In this document: positions 18,457 to 27,318 of the stretch, one piece after another
Position numbering within the stretch: the stretch's first letter is position 1
Layout: the number at the start of each line of letters is the position of its first letter
Notes under the pieces: model-generated
Database searches by the model: none
What the model was told of the DNA's origin: nothing
The model's input: only the letters and a program-made list of their open reading frames with translations
Origin: Verrucomicrobiota bacterium
GTDB taxonomy: Bacteria > Verrucomicrobiota > Verrucomicrobiia > Opitutales > Cerasicoccaceae
Direction of reading: 5' to 3'
Assembly (NCBI GenBank): GCA_039818205.1
Contig: JBCBUK010000011.1
Location: forward strand, 64,001-128,000
Length of the DNA stretch: 64,000 nucleotides
Made by a program: the position numbers and the translations under genes

Positions 18457-19707
18457 ATGAAACATTTTAACTTTAGCTATTGCTCCATCTTTCTAATGCT
18501 GCTGCTGGCATTTCCACTGGAGAGCGTTGTTCACGCGCAAGATCAAAGAGTTCCCTCACGTCAGGTGATAATTCGAGACGAGCCGATTCCCAACGATACC
18601 ACTCGCTTTGATATTAGTTTTCCGGGCGGGACTGCGGCGGAATTGATCAAAGCGTTGAGCACATCGTCCGGCGAACCAATCAACGCGATGATCCCGGAAG
18701 GATCGGACTATTTTGTGATGCCGCCTTTTGACTTCAGGAATGTGACCGTTACCGAGGTTTTGAAAACTTTGGCCGAGAGAAAGGCGCTTCCGGTCAAGAC
18801 GTCGGATAACAGTTATCACTACAAGGATGTTGGATATAGCTGGGTCTTGTTTAATGGAATCTGGGTCTTGCGTATCGACTTGCCAGTCGCGAACTTGCCA
18901 CAGCAGACATCGGTGGTGCCCTTCAACGTGGGCGATCTGCTGACCACTTACACAATCGACGATGTTACAACGGCCATTGATGCAGCCTGGACCTTGCAGG
19001 AGGCTTCACCGAAGTCCCAGTTGTTTTTCCACAATGATACCTCAATTTTGCTGGCGAAAGGAAGCGTGACCGAGCTAAACGCAGTTACTGCAGTTCTGGA
19101 GAAGCTGCGTGACGGCCAGGAATATCAGGTCGAGATTCAGGAAAAAGAACGGAGAATCGATGTGACGGTATTCAAATCTAGCGGTTCACGAGACTATTAC
19201 TCCCTGCCTCCCAATGCATTCATTACGGATGCGCAGGATGCGGCTGGACAGTTCACATCGGTGCCATCGGAAGACTACAATCGTTCTGTCAGGATCATTC
19301 GTGAGAAAATATCGGGCGAGACTGAGGAGATGGTTATCGATGTTGATGCCATTGCGCTTAAAAAAGCGCCCGATGTTAGGTTAAGGAACGGCGATGTGAT
19401 CATCTTTGAATATGAATATATTGATCCGGACAAGATCCCTGATCCCGACACGATTAGTATATCGGTGCTTGGCAGTGTGAAGAATCCAGGTAAGTATACC
19501 CTTGAAGGCAGCCCATCCTTGATCAGCGCCATTGCATTGGCTGGCGGAGGGGAAGATCATGGTAATCTCAGTAAAGTGAAAGTGCGGAGCGAAAACGGTA
19601 GCACAATTGAAGTCGATTTTAATGGCATCCTTGATGGAAAGGTAAAGGACCTGGAACTGAAAGATGGTGACACGATCGTCATTGAAGAAAAATTCGTCAG
19701 ATTCTGA
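18457..19707 (+). CDS. Exported protein with secretin-N-like region and C-terminal SLBB (beta-grasp) repeats
   Basis: Signal peptide; FDISFPGGT; ILLAKGSVTELNAVTAVLEKL; ISVLGSVKNPGKY...ISAIALAGG...LKDGDTIVI. Confidence 0.65.
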   Translation: MKHFNFSYCSIFLMLLLAFPLESVVHAQDQRVPSRQVIIRDEPIPNDTTRFDISFPGGTAAELIKALSTSSGEPINAMIPEGSDYFVMPPFDFRNVTVTEVLKTLAERKALPVKTSDNSYHYKDVGYSWVLFNGIWVLRIDLPVANLPQQTSVVPFNVGDLLTTYTIDDVTTAIDAAWTLQEASPKSQLFFHNDTSILLAKGSVTELNAVTAVLEKLRDGQEYQVEIQEKERRIDVTVFKSSGSRDYYSLPPNAFITDAQDAAGQFTSVPSEDYNRSVRIIREKISGETEEMVIDVDAIALKKAPDVRLRNGDVIIFEYEYIDPDKIPDPDTISISVLGSVKNPGKYTLEGSPSLISAIALAGGGEDHGNLSKVKVRSENGSTIEVDFNGILDGKVKDLELKDGDTIVIEEKFVRF

Positions 19708-19735
19708 GCGATATTCTCCTTCACCCGAGCACGTT

Positions 19736-20266
19736 GTGGACGAAGACATTGCCACGCTGACGCGCCGTATGGCGTCCTTGGATGAGGACGCTTACCGGCG
19801 TTTCTTTCGGGAGTATTTTTCGCGCCTGCATGCCTACGCGCGCAAGCTGACTCACGGCAATGAGATGTTGGCGCAGGACATCACTCAGGAAACGCTTTTG
19901 CGGGTGAATCGAAACATTAAACCAATCGAATCCAGTGAGGAACTCTGGTGTTGGCTAGTCTTGCTCATGCGGTGTTCGTTTATTGATGCTGTCCGCAAAG
20001 AGCAGCGATATCGCGGTCTGTTAGATGATTTCACGGTTGAGGTGGAGATCGGCTCGTCGCCAGCTGGCCGTTCGATTGAGTCGAGCGAGGCCTTGCATGC
20101 GGCGTTGAAACGGCTCCGCCCCAAAGAGCGAAAGTTGCTTCTTGCCAAATACCAGGATGGCGAATCCTGCCGTGAAATTGCCGTAGGGCTTGGTCTGTCG
20201 GAGAAGGCCGTCGAGTCCCGGCTGAGCCGCCTACGAGGAAAACTAAAAACCATGCTGAAGCCCTAG
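19736..20266 (+). CDS. ECF sigma-70 factor (start uncertain)
   Basis: Region 2 AQDITQETLLR; region 4 YQDGESCREIAVGLGLSEKAVESRLSRLR. Confidence 0.9.
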   Translation: MDEDIATLTRRMASLDEDAYRRFFREYFSRLHAYARKLTHGNEMLAQDITQETLLRVNRNIKPIESSEELWCWLVLLMRCSFIDAVRKEQRYRGLLDDFTVEVEIGSSPAGRSIESSEALHAALKRLRPKERKLLLAKYQDGESCREIAVGLGLSEKAVESRLSRLRGKLKTMLKP

Positions 20267-20284
20267 GAAGGAGAAATTTGATCT

Positions 20285-20755
20285 ATGTCCTCATCATTTG
20301 AACAACGTGCCGAAGATCGGTTGATTCAGGCGGTACGCCAAAAGCGTCGTCAGCGCCAGGCCCGGGTTATGGTTGGCGGGGCCTTGGCCATGTGCCTGGG
20401 TCTGTGGTTGGCGCTGCAGCAACGAGTAGTCTCAGGTGAGACGCCGACTGAAGCGGTTCCGTTCGTTGCGCTTCCAGAAAACCCGCCGTTGCCAATCGGG
20501 GAGGCGATACCCGAGCCGGAGCTTCTTGCTCCGATTGAGCCGGCGAAGCCTTATACCTTAATCAGTACCCAGGCGAAAAAATTTTCCGCGATTGAGTCGG
20601 GGTCAACACGCTTGATGGTCGTCCGGACGGGTGAGTTTTCCTCGACTAAGAACATCGATGACCAAGAGCTCTTTGCTCAGTTTCCGAACGCACGGATTCG
20701 GATTGATTCCGACGGACAAGCTGAGTTGATCGTGCCGGAGTCCGGCAATCAATAG
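20285..20755 (+). CDS. Single-pass membrane protein, putative anti-sigma factor
   Basis: Basic patch and TM helix directly after the ECF gene. Confidence 0.5.
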   Translation: MSSSFEQRAEDRLIQAVRQKRRQRQARVMVGGALAMCLGLWLALQQRVVSGETPTEAVPFVALPENPPLPIGEAIPEPELLAPIEPAKPYTLISTQAKKFSAIESGSTRLMVVRTGEFSSTKNIDDQELFAQFPNARIRIDSDGQAELIVPESGNQ

Positions 20756-20811
20756 CGTGGGTCGATTCTGCGGCTTGACCTTTGGGCGAGAATCAGGGCA
20801 GGATGCGCAGC

Positions 20812-21435
20812 ATGAGCAACCTCGAAGAATTTCCTGTAATCCCGGTTATCGTTATTGATGACGCCAACGACGCTGAGCCCTTGGCTGAGGCCTTTCTCAA
20901 CGCAGGCCTAAACATCATCGAGGTAACCTTCCGCACGGCGGCCGCCGCCGATGCCATCGAGCGCATCGCGAATCGTTTTCCCGAGATGTTGGTTGGCGCT
21001 GGCACCGTGGTTACGCCGGAACAAGCGCACCGCGCGATTGATGCCGGAAGTAAGTTCGGATTGGCTCCCGGCGTGGATCACGAGACCCTTGCTTACTTCA
21101 AGGGCCGCGGTGTTCCTTTCATTCCGGGCGTGATGACGCCGACTGATATTCAAGCCGCGTTGAAGTCCGGTTGCCAGCTACTCAAATTTTTCCCAGCAGG
21201 TGCCGCGGGTGGACCGAAGTTGCTTAAAGCGATGTCCGCGCCGTACTTGAACCTCGGTGTGAAATTCTGCCCAACTGGCGGCGTTTCCTTGGACAACATG
21301 AATGACTATCTGAGCATGTCGCAGGTCTTTGCCGTGGGTGGATCCTGGTTGGCGACCAAGGATCAGATTGCGGGCAAGGAGTGGGCCACGATCACTCAAC
21401 AGGCCAAGGACGCACTCGCTAAGGCAGCGGGCTAG
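20812..21435 (+). CDS. eda: KDPG/KHG aldolase
   Basis: IEVTFRT, VGAGTV, PGVMTPTD, KFFPA, PTGGV. Confidence 0.95.
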   Translation: MSNLEEFPVIPVIVIDDANDAEPLAEAFLNAGLNIIEVTFRTAAAADAIERIANRFPEMLVGAGTVVTPEQAHRAIDAGSKFGLAPGVDHETLAYFKGRGVPFIPGVMTPTDIQAALKSGCQLLKFFPAGAAGGPKLLKAMSAPYLNLGVKFCPTGGVSLDNMNDYLSMSQVFAVGGSWLATKDQIAGKEWATITQQAKDALAKAAG

Positions 21436-21487
21436 TCTGAGCCTTTAAGCTTTACGCCGCCGGGCATTCATTGATTATCTCCTGGCC

Positions 21488-23446
21488 ATGACCCCAACGG
21501 AAATGGCCCAGGTGCTTTCGGGTGTTCGCCTATTCCGCGAGCTTGATTTGAGTGATCTCGAGACCTTGGCCAAGGACTGTGAGCAACGCGCGATTGCCGC
21601 CCAGGCCTCGGTGGTTGAGCAGGGGCAAGACGGCGATGAATTACACGTTATTCTCGAGGGAGAATTTGAGGTATTTCTCAGCCAACAGTCGCTTGACTTT
21701 GAGAAGGAAATTGGCCGACTGAACGCGGGTGATTACTTTGGCGAGATTGCGTTGATTTCGCAAAAGAAGCGGTCGGCTTCAGTTCGGGCTCTGACGCCTG
21801 GAAAGATCCTTTCTTTGGGTCGTGAACCATTTTTGGAGCTATGCGAGCGCAAGCCTGGGTTTACTCTGAAGCTCTGTCAGGCGCTCGCCGAATACGTTCA
21901 TGAGGGAGCTCGCCAGCGATCGGCCTTGCCGTTTATCAAGCTGAGCGGTGCCACGCCCGAACAGGGCGTATTGGAGCTGATTCCGGCTGAGGTTTCGCGG
22001 GTTTGCCAGGCCGTTTCCATCGAGAAGATTGAAGACCGGGTGACCGTGGTCATGGTTGATCCTGATGATGCCAAAAAGCGTGACTTTTTGGAGCAGGCAT
22101 TGAAACCGCTCAAGCCTGAGTTTGCCGCGACAAATGCCGACGATATGGCTCGCTTTATTGACCGCATGTCCGCTCATTGCGGATATCGGTCCAAGCCGCC
22201 CGCTGCGGTTGAGTTGGATTTTCGGGGGCCGGACGGTCAGTCCGTTGAGGTCTCGCAAAACGAGGCTGCCAAGGTGCTGCGCAATGCATTGCGTGAAGCC
22301 ATCACGCTCAAGGCCAGTGACGTACACTTTGAGCCCAAGCGGGTGGGTATGGATGTCCGTGCGCGGATCGACGGCAAACTCCTTGCCTTGCATGGCGATG
22401 TGCCGAGCGCGATTGTCCGCCAAGTCATATCGATGATCAAGGTGCTGGGAAACTTGGACATCGCTGAGCGACGATTACCCCAGGATGGCAACTTTGTGAT
22501 CAAGGTGGATGACCTGGAGATCGATGCCCGACTATCGATCATGCCGAGTCAGCATGGTGAGAAGGCTGTGATGCGTCTGCTGGATCCGCGAGCACAGCTG
22601 CACTACCTCAACCAGCTCATTTCCAGCGATCCGGTTTTAGCATTAGCGAAGGAACTCTTTACGCGTTCCGCCGGATTGACCCTGGTCACGGGGCCAACGG
22701 GGTCGGGTAAGACGACCACGCTCTATGCCGGGTTGCGCAGCATTTGGGAAGATAATCGTTTGCTGAACATCGTTAGTGCGGAGGATCCGATCGACCAGCG
22801 GTTGGACTTCGCCACGCAAACACAGATTCAAAACCTGGTGGGTCTGGACTTTCCGACCGTGTTGCGCGGGCTATTGCGGCAGGACCCAGACGTCATCTTG
22901 ATTGGTGAGATTCGCGATAGTCAATCAGCCTCAATTGCCTTGGAGGCGGCCATCACTGGACACAATGTTTTATCGTCGCTGCATACGAAACACGCGACTG
23001 ATTCTGTTGCTCGCCTGCGCAAGTTGGGTGCCGAGCCTTACCTGATTGCCGCGGCGCTGAATGGCGTGATTAGTCAGCGACTTTTGCCACGCTTGAACCC
23101 CAATGCTTGTGAAAGTGTTCCGGCAGACGATCCTGAGATAGCCCGTCTGGTGGGTATCGATATTTTGGCGGAAACCACAGATGCGCTGCGCCGCGGAGTC
23201 CAGCGAACGCCAGATCAGAAGCCGGAAATTGGCCGCGTTGGCCTCTATGAGATCATGGCGGTCACGGCGGCGGTACGGGATGCGATTGAAGGCACCGCCA
23301 CCAGTCAACAGCTCGAAGCACAGCTGACGCCGCAAAACTTTATCAGCATGAAACGTTATGCACGCTTCCTATTGCTCGAGCAAGTGGTCTCGCCGGATGC
23401 GGTGCTAACCGTCTTTCCGGAAAGTCCGGAAATCGCCGAATTTTAG
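21488..23446 (+). CDS. Cyclic-nucleotide-binding domain fused to a GspE/PilB-family ATPase
   Basis: N-terminal GDYFGEIAL...RSASVRA; ASDVHFEP, RRLPQDG, GPTGSGKTTT, LRQDPDVILIGEIRD, TGHNVLSSLH. Confidence 0.88.
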   Translation: MTPTEMAQVLSGVRLFRELDLSDLETLAKDCEQRAIAAQASVVEQGQDGDELHVILEGEFEVFLSQQSLDFEKEIGRLNAGDYFGEIALISQKKRSASVRALTPGKILSLGREPFLELCERKPGFTLKLCQALAEYVHEGARQRSALPFIKLSGATPEQGVLELIPAEVSRVCQAVSIEKIEDRVTVVMVDPDDAKKRDFLEQALKPLKPEFAATNADDMARFIDRMSAHCGYRSKPPAAVELDFRGPDGQSVEVSQNEAAKVLRNALREAITLKASDVHFEPKRVGMDVRARIDGKLLALHGDVPSAIVRQVISMIKVLGNLDIAERRLPQDGNFVIKVDDLEIDARLSIMPSQHGEKAVMRLLDPRAQLHYLNQLISSDPVLALAKELFTRSAGLTLVTGPTGSGKTTTLYAGLRSIWEDNRLLNIVSAEDPIDQRLDFATQTQIQNLVGLDFPTVLRGLLRQDPDVILIGEIRDSQSASIALEAAITGHNVLSSLHTKHATDSVARLRKLGAEPYLIAAALNGVISQRLLPRLNPNACESVPADDPEIARLVGIDILAETTDALRRGVQRTPDQKPEIGRVGLYEIMAVTAAVRDAIEGTATSQQLEAQLTPQNFISMKRYARFLLLEQVVSPDAVLTVFPESPEIAEF

Positions 23447-23509
23447 GCAACGGGTCGTTGCATTCATTGTTGCGTCAGCAGCGCACGGTCTAGTGAAGCA
23501 GCGCTCTGG

Positions 23510-24505
23510 CTAGAAATCGTTTTGGAGGATGATTTTTCCGGTGGCTTGTCCGGACTCCAGGTAGGCGTGGGCCGCACCGACCTCACCGAAGCCGAATCGT
23601 CTTTCATCGCAGAGCAATTCCAGCTTCTCTTGATCGATCAGTTGGGCAAGGCGTTGCTGGACGGCGGCATGGTGCTCGATGCCATTGCCGGTCAAAACGG
23701 GGAGGGCGACGAACACTGCAGCGAAGCTTGCGGCCTTCCCGTGTAAGGGAGTCAGATCGACTGTCGCTCGCGAAGCAATGCAGCTGATGTGCCCACCGGT
23801 TGCGAGCTGCGCAAAACTGTTTTCCAGGTTCGGTCCGCCCACGGTTTCAACGATCGCCTGGAAGCCTTGGCCGTCGGTAATCTCTTGAGCAGCGGCAAGC
23901 ACATCCTGCTCTTTATAGTTGATGATGTAATTGGCGCCCAGGCCCTCGGCGAGCCCAGCCTTGGCGGAAGTCGAAGCGGTGGTGGTCACGATACCGCCTG
24001 CCATTGCGGCCAACTGGACTGCAAGGTGCCCAACGCCGCCCGTGCCTCCCGTGACTAAAACATGATCCCCGGGTTGAATCGTGTTGCGGACGATCGTTGC
24101 TTCCCACGCGGTCAGGCCGACAATCGCCAGGCCGCCAGCGTCTTCAAGACTCAGCTGGGCGGGCTTCTTGGTCACCAGCCGGGCATCGACCACCATTAAT
24201 TCTGCGAGGGCTCCCGGATGGCCTTTAAAGCCTCCCGCAAATCCAAAGACTTCGTCGCCGACCGCGAGCGCAGAAACGCCGGGTCCAACGGATTCGACCA
24301 CGCCAGCGACATCGCCATGCAGCACCGCCGGAAAATCAGGCGACACGGCAGGAACCGCCCCTGATCGAATTTTCGTGTCGATTGGATTCACGCTTGAGGC
24401 CCTCACTTGCAAGCGGACTTGGCCGGGACCCGCTTCGGGCGCAGCAACATCGTTTACGGCGAATACTTCCGGCCCGCCAAAGGAATTAATGGTAACAGCT
24501 TTCAT
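23510..24505 (-). CDS. MDR-family NADPH:quinone oxidoreductase-like protein
   Basis: SVNPID, HGDVAG, VTGGTGGVG, ATGKII. Confidence 0.88.
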   Translation of the reverse strand: MKAVTINSFGGPEVFAVNDVAAPEAGPGQVRLQVRASSVNPIDTKIRSGAVPAVSPDFPAVLHGDVAGVVESVGPGVSALAVGDEVFGFAGGFKGHPGALAELMVVDARLVTKKPAQLSLEDAGGLAIVGLTAWEATIVRNTIQPGDHVLVTGGTGGVGHLAVQLAAMAGGIVTTTASTSAKAGLAEGLGANYIINYKEQDVLAAAQEITDGQGFQAIVETVGGPNLENSFAQLATGGHISCIASRATVDLTPLHGKAASFAAVFVALPVLTGNGIEHHAAVQQRLAQLIDQEKLELLCDERRFGFGEVGAAHAYLESGQATGKIILQNDF

Positions 24506-24730
24506 CGTAGAGAAAATTTCGCCTTAGAATAGGATGGCGTTTGAGAAGCGCAACTGCTGAGGTATCGGAGGATGACGGCAATTCGTGTCATACTGCTTTT
24601 GGGCCTGCTGTGGAGGGAAGCTTGAATTATGACTAAAAAAGTCCTGAAACGGGGCTTGACGAATGCTAGGGGAGCGTTCATTTTCCTCGGTTTCCTTAAT
24701 TCAGGACCACCTTTTTAAACACCTTTCGTC

Positions 24731-24910
24731 ATGGCACAACCAAAACGCAAGCAATCTAAGCAACGCAGCCGCCTGCGCCGCGGCGCGAACCGTTTCAAGG
24801 CTCCCTTGCTCGCCAAGGACAGCACCGACGGCACAACTTTCCGTCCCCACCACGTGAATCCTTCGAACGGCATGTATCGCGGCCGTCAGGTGATCGACGT
24901 GGAGCTGTAA
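24731..24910 (+). CDS. rpmF: 50S ribosomal protein L32 (Cys-free form; missing from the ORF track)
   Basis: Manual translation: MAQPKRKQSKQRSRLRRGANRFKAPLLAKDSTDGTTFRPHHVNPSNGMYRGRQVIDVEL. Confidence 0.93.
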   Translation: MAQPKRKQSKQRSRLRRGANRFKAPLLAKDSTDGTTFRPHHVNPSNGMYRGRQVIDVEL

Positions 24911-24937
24911 GCACTTGCTTATTATACATGTTTCCCC

Positions 24938-24968
24938 GAAACCCGGCCAGCAGTGGTCGGGTTTTTTG
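24938..24968 (+). terminator. Intrinsic terminator after rpmF
   Basis: aaacccggcca-gcag-tggtcgggtt followed by a T-run. Confidence 0.8.
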
Positions 24969-24994
24969 TGCCCCAATGCACCGTTTGACGCTTA

Positions 24995-25152
24995 TGGGTG
25001 CTCGCAGTGCTTGATCGTCAGGTGAGTTCCGGTCGGGAACCGATGGATGCTGGCGGATGCCGGCATCACTGAAATGCCAGATTGGCTCCAGGCGTTCAGT
25101 GGCACATGAATGGACGAACCCCAGGTTCGAAGACTGGATCTTGCGGCACCTT
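24995..25152 (+). ncRNA. ssrS: 6S RNA-like gene
   Basis: Ends pair (GGTGCTCGCA / TGCGGCACC); internal GAACCGAT and GAACCCCAGGTTCGAAG resemble E. coli 6S GAGCCGAT and GAACCAAGGGTTCAAG in the same order; about 158 nt. Confidence 0.7.
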
Positions 25153-25154
25153 GC

Positions 25155-25910
25155 TTAGCGGCGCTCGTTCCACTCTTTAGATTCGTAGTGGCTGATTTGG
25201 GATGAGAGCTGCGCGGGTGACCACTTAGGAAACGGCGCTGGGGCAGGGGATCCGCCAAGCCACTCGGCTAAGGCCGCAGTGAAGCTCTGTTCGAATTGAT
25301 CCCAGTTGATGGCTCGAATTGGCGCTCGAGCGATGCTGCCTTGCATGAGCAGGCCGTCCTTGGAGCGGCGTTGCGCCGCACCCGCGAGCTTTTCGCCATC
25401 GAGGTCAATCACATCGCCAGGTTCAGCTCGTTGAAAGCAGCTGGCGGCGGTTGTTGGAGCCTCAGTGGCTTCATCGGTGTCGCACGGGCAGGGGGCGAGT
25501 TTGGAGTCGACGGATTGTGCCTTGAGGGCCCAGATCAGCAAATGGTGCACTTCTTGATAGGCCTCACTCGCTTTGGCTTTGGCCAGTGGGTGATCGGCGG
25601 GAATCACAAGGGAATAGGTCCAGTCGTCGCGATGGTCGACCACGCCGCCGCCGGTGCAGCGTCGAACCAACTCGAACCGTCCAGCAAAGTGGTCGTGGGC
25701 TTCGCGCCAGCTTGCGTGGACCGGGATGTGTTCCTCGGCTTCCGCCCAGCGTTGAGTCCGCCCGAAGGTAAATGACGGATTGGACCATTGGTAGTGGCGA
25801 AAGCGCGGTGTGCCTGGCTGCGGGTAGGCTTCGAGCAAGAGTTGATCGACGGCCATATTGGCGCCAGCTGACAGAGTCCGCGTAGGTAAGACGTGCATCA
25901 CAGTGTTCAA
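25155..25910 (-). CDS. Lipoate-protein ligase A / octanoyltransferase family protein
   Basis: NMAVD, VRRCTGGGVVDH, KLAGAAQRR, LMQGSI. Confidence 0.88.
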   Translation of the reverse strand: MNTVMHVLPTRTLSAGANMAVDQLLLEAYPQPGTPRFRHYQWSNPSFTFGRTQRWAEAEEHIPVHASWREAHDHFAGRFELVRRCTGGGVVDHRDDWTYSLVIPADHPLAKAKASEAYQEVHHLLIWALKAQSVDSKLAPCPCDTDEATEAPTTAASCFQRAEPGDVIDLDGEKLAGAAQRRSKDGLLMQGSIARAPIRAINWDQFEQSFTAALAEWLGGSPAPAPFPKWSPAQLSSQISHYESKEWNERR

Positions 25911-25915
25911 AGAAT

Positions 25916-25947
25916 AAAAAACCCGGCACTGGCAAGCACCGGGTTCG
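25916..25947 (-). terminator. Putative terminator of the 25968-26669 gene
   Basis: aaaaaacccgg...ccgggtt hairpin with a T-run on the minus strand. Confidence 0.55.
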
Positions 25948-25967
25948 GAAAAATGATTTCGTCCAGC

Positions 25968-26669
25968 TTACTTGGAGAGCTCGTCGAGCGTTGGAAGGTC
26001 GTCGCCGAGTTGGATGTCCCACTCATCAACTGCTTCGTCGCCAGTCGGTGGGCCATTCTTGCTGGAGTTCTCGAGGATGTAACCGTTGAGCTCCCGATCG
26101 AGAATGTTTTCCGCCCAGTATCCGTTCTGCAACTCGTAGTCGTCTGGCTCATAGCCATACTTTTCCAAGGTTGCTAGGATGATGGAGGAGTCCGGTGTGC
26201 CACCATGGTCGGTGATGAGACCCTTTTCGCGGTGGATACGCACACTCTCGTGGACGATGAATGGAGGAAGCTTTTCCTGATAACTTGGGTGAACCTTGTG
26301 GCTCGCTGCCCACTTGGCCCAGGCGTCACGGTCAATCGATCGCTGAGTCTGGGTGAGTGCTTCGTAATAGTAGACGCGGCGTTTGGACAGCTTTGTAACG
26401 AGTGCGATCAACGACATGCCGTCTTGTTCGATCTCCAGCCAGTCCAGTGGACGAGGCTTTTCGATCGGGTCGCGGCTCTTGGAGATGTCTTCGGGAGCCT
26501 CGAGGAACTGGACACCGAGAGCACGAGAGAATTTGACAGTCGTTTCCCCATCCTTCTGGAGTGTGACCTTGCCCTTATTCACCATGTCCTCGTGGAACTT
26601 ACGGGCGTCCTCCGGTGATTCCGCCCATATGTAATTGGTAATGCGGGTAACAACCTTGAATTTTCTCAT
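25968..26669 (-). CDS. Hypothetical protein
   Basis: 233-aa ORF with an AAGGA ribosome-binding site and a downstream terminator; no family recognised. Confidence 0.65.
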   Translation of the reverse strand: MRKFKVVTRITNYIWAESPEDARKFHEDMVNKGKVTLQKDGETTVKFSRALGVQFLEAPEDISKSRDPIEKPRPLDWLEIEQDGMSLIALVTKLSKRRVYYYEALTQTQRSIDRDAWAKWAASHKVHPSYQEKLPPFIVHESVRIHREKGLITDHGGTPDSSIILATLEKYGYEPDDYELQNGYWAENILDRELNGYILENSSKNGPPTGDEAVDEWDIQLGDDLPTLDELSK

Positions 26670-27318
26670 AACCGTATCCTTTGATTGAACTTATAAAATC
26701 TAACGAACGAATTCGGGGTGTAATTAAGTTTTTTTTAATATCCGTTGGAAACGCTAGAGTCCTGATTTTGTAATTTCAACCTCTTTTTGTTCACCATCGA
26801 AGGTACCGAGTGTTCCACCCTCTGTGAATTCGACAAAGTTTAAGATCGCCATCGCCACTCCACGTAAAGGATCGCGGCGAGATTTTGACAAAATTTTCCC
26901 GAAAATTAAAATATACATTTGTTTACTGACTGCCCGAAACGTCAATGCTGATCGGCTAGGCAGAATACCCGTGTTGATTTGGGATTGTCATTTTTGTTTT
27001 TCAGGGAGCGTATGTGCACTGCGGTAGAGTGAGTTTTGCTGGCGTCCAGTTGGCTGATAAAAAATATGTGCTCCTGAATAAAATTTCATTTAGAAATTTC
27101 GAAGTTGATCGATAAATCTCACCTCGAGAGACATTTCGACAGCCAAGATATTGTTTCCTGGAAGCCGTGACTTGACTTGCTCGCCAATGTCTCAATATGT
27201 CGTTGCTGCAAGAGGCGGTTACCCCGTCTTGATCAGCTAGTATTTTGAAGGTGAAAAGCTTGCATTCATCTACAGATAACCATTCTATTGCAGATCACCC
27301 GTTTAACTTCTCTTTTTT

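Noticed and set aside
24663..25258. Track ORFs 24663-24857, 24701-24976 and 24992-25258
   Set aside because: They are better explained by rpmF in another frame and by the 6S-like RNA.
26670..27318. AT-rich region next to a ParA gene as oriC or parS
   Set aside because: I saw no convincing DnaA-box cluster or TGTTTCACGTGAAACA-like palindrome, and there is no dnaA or parB nearby.
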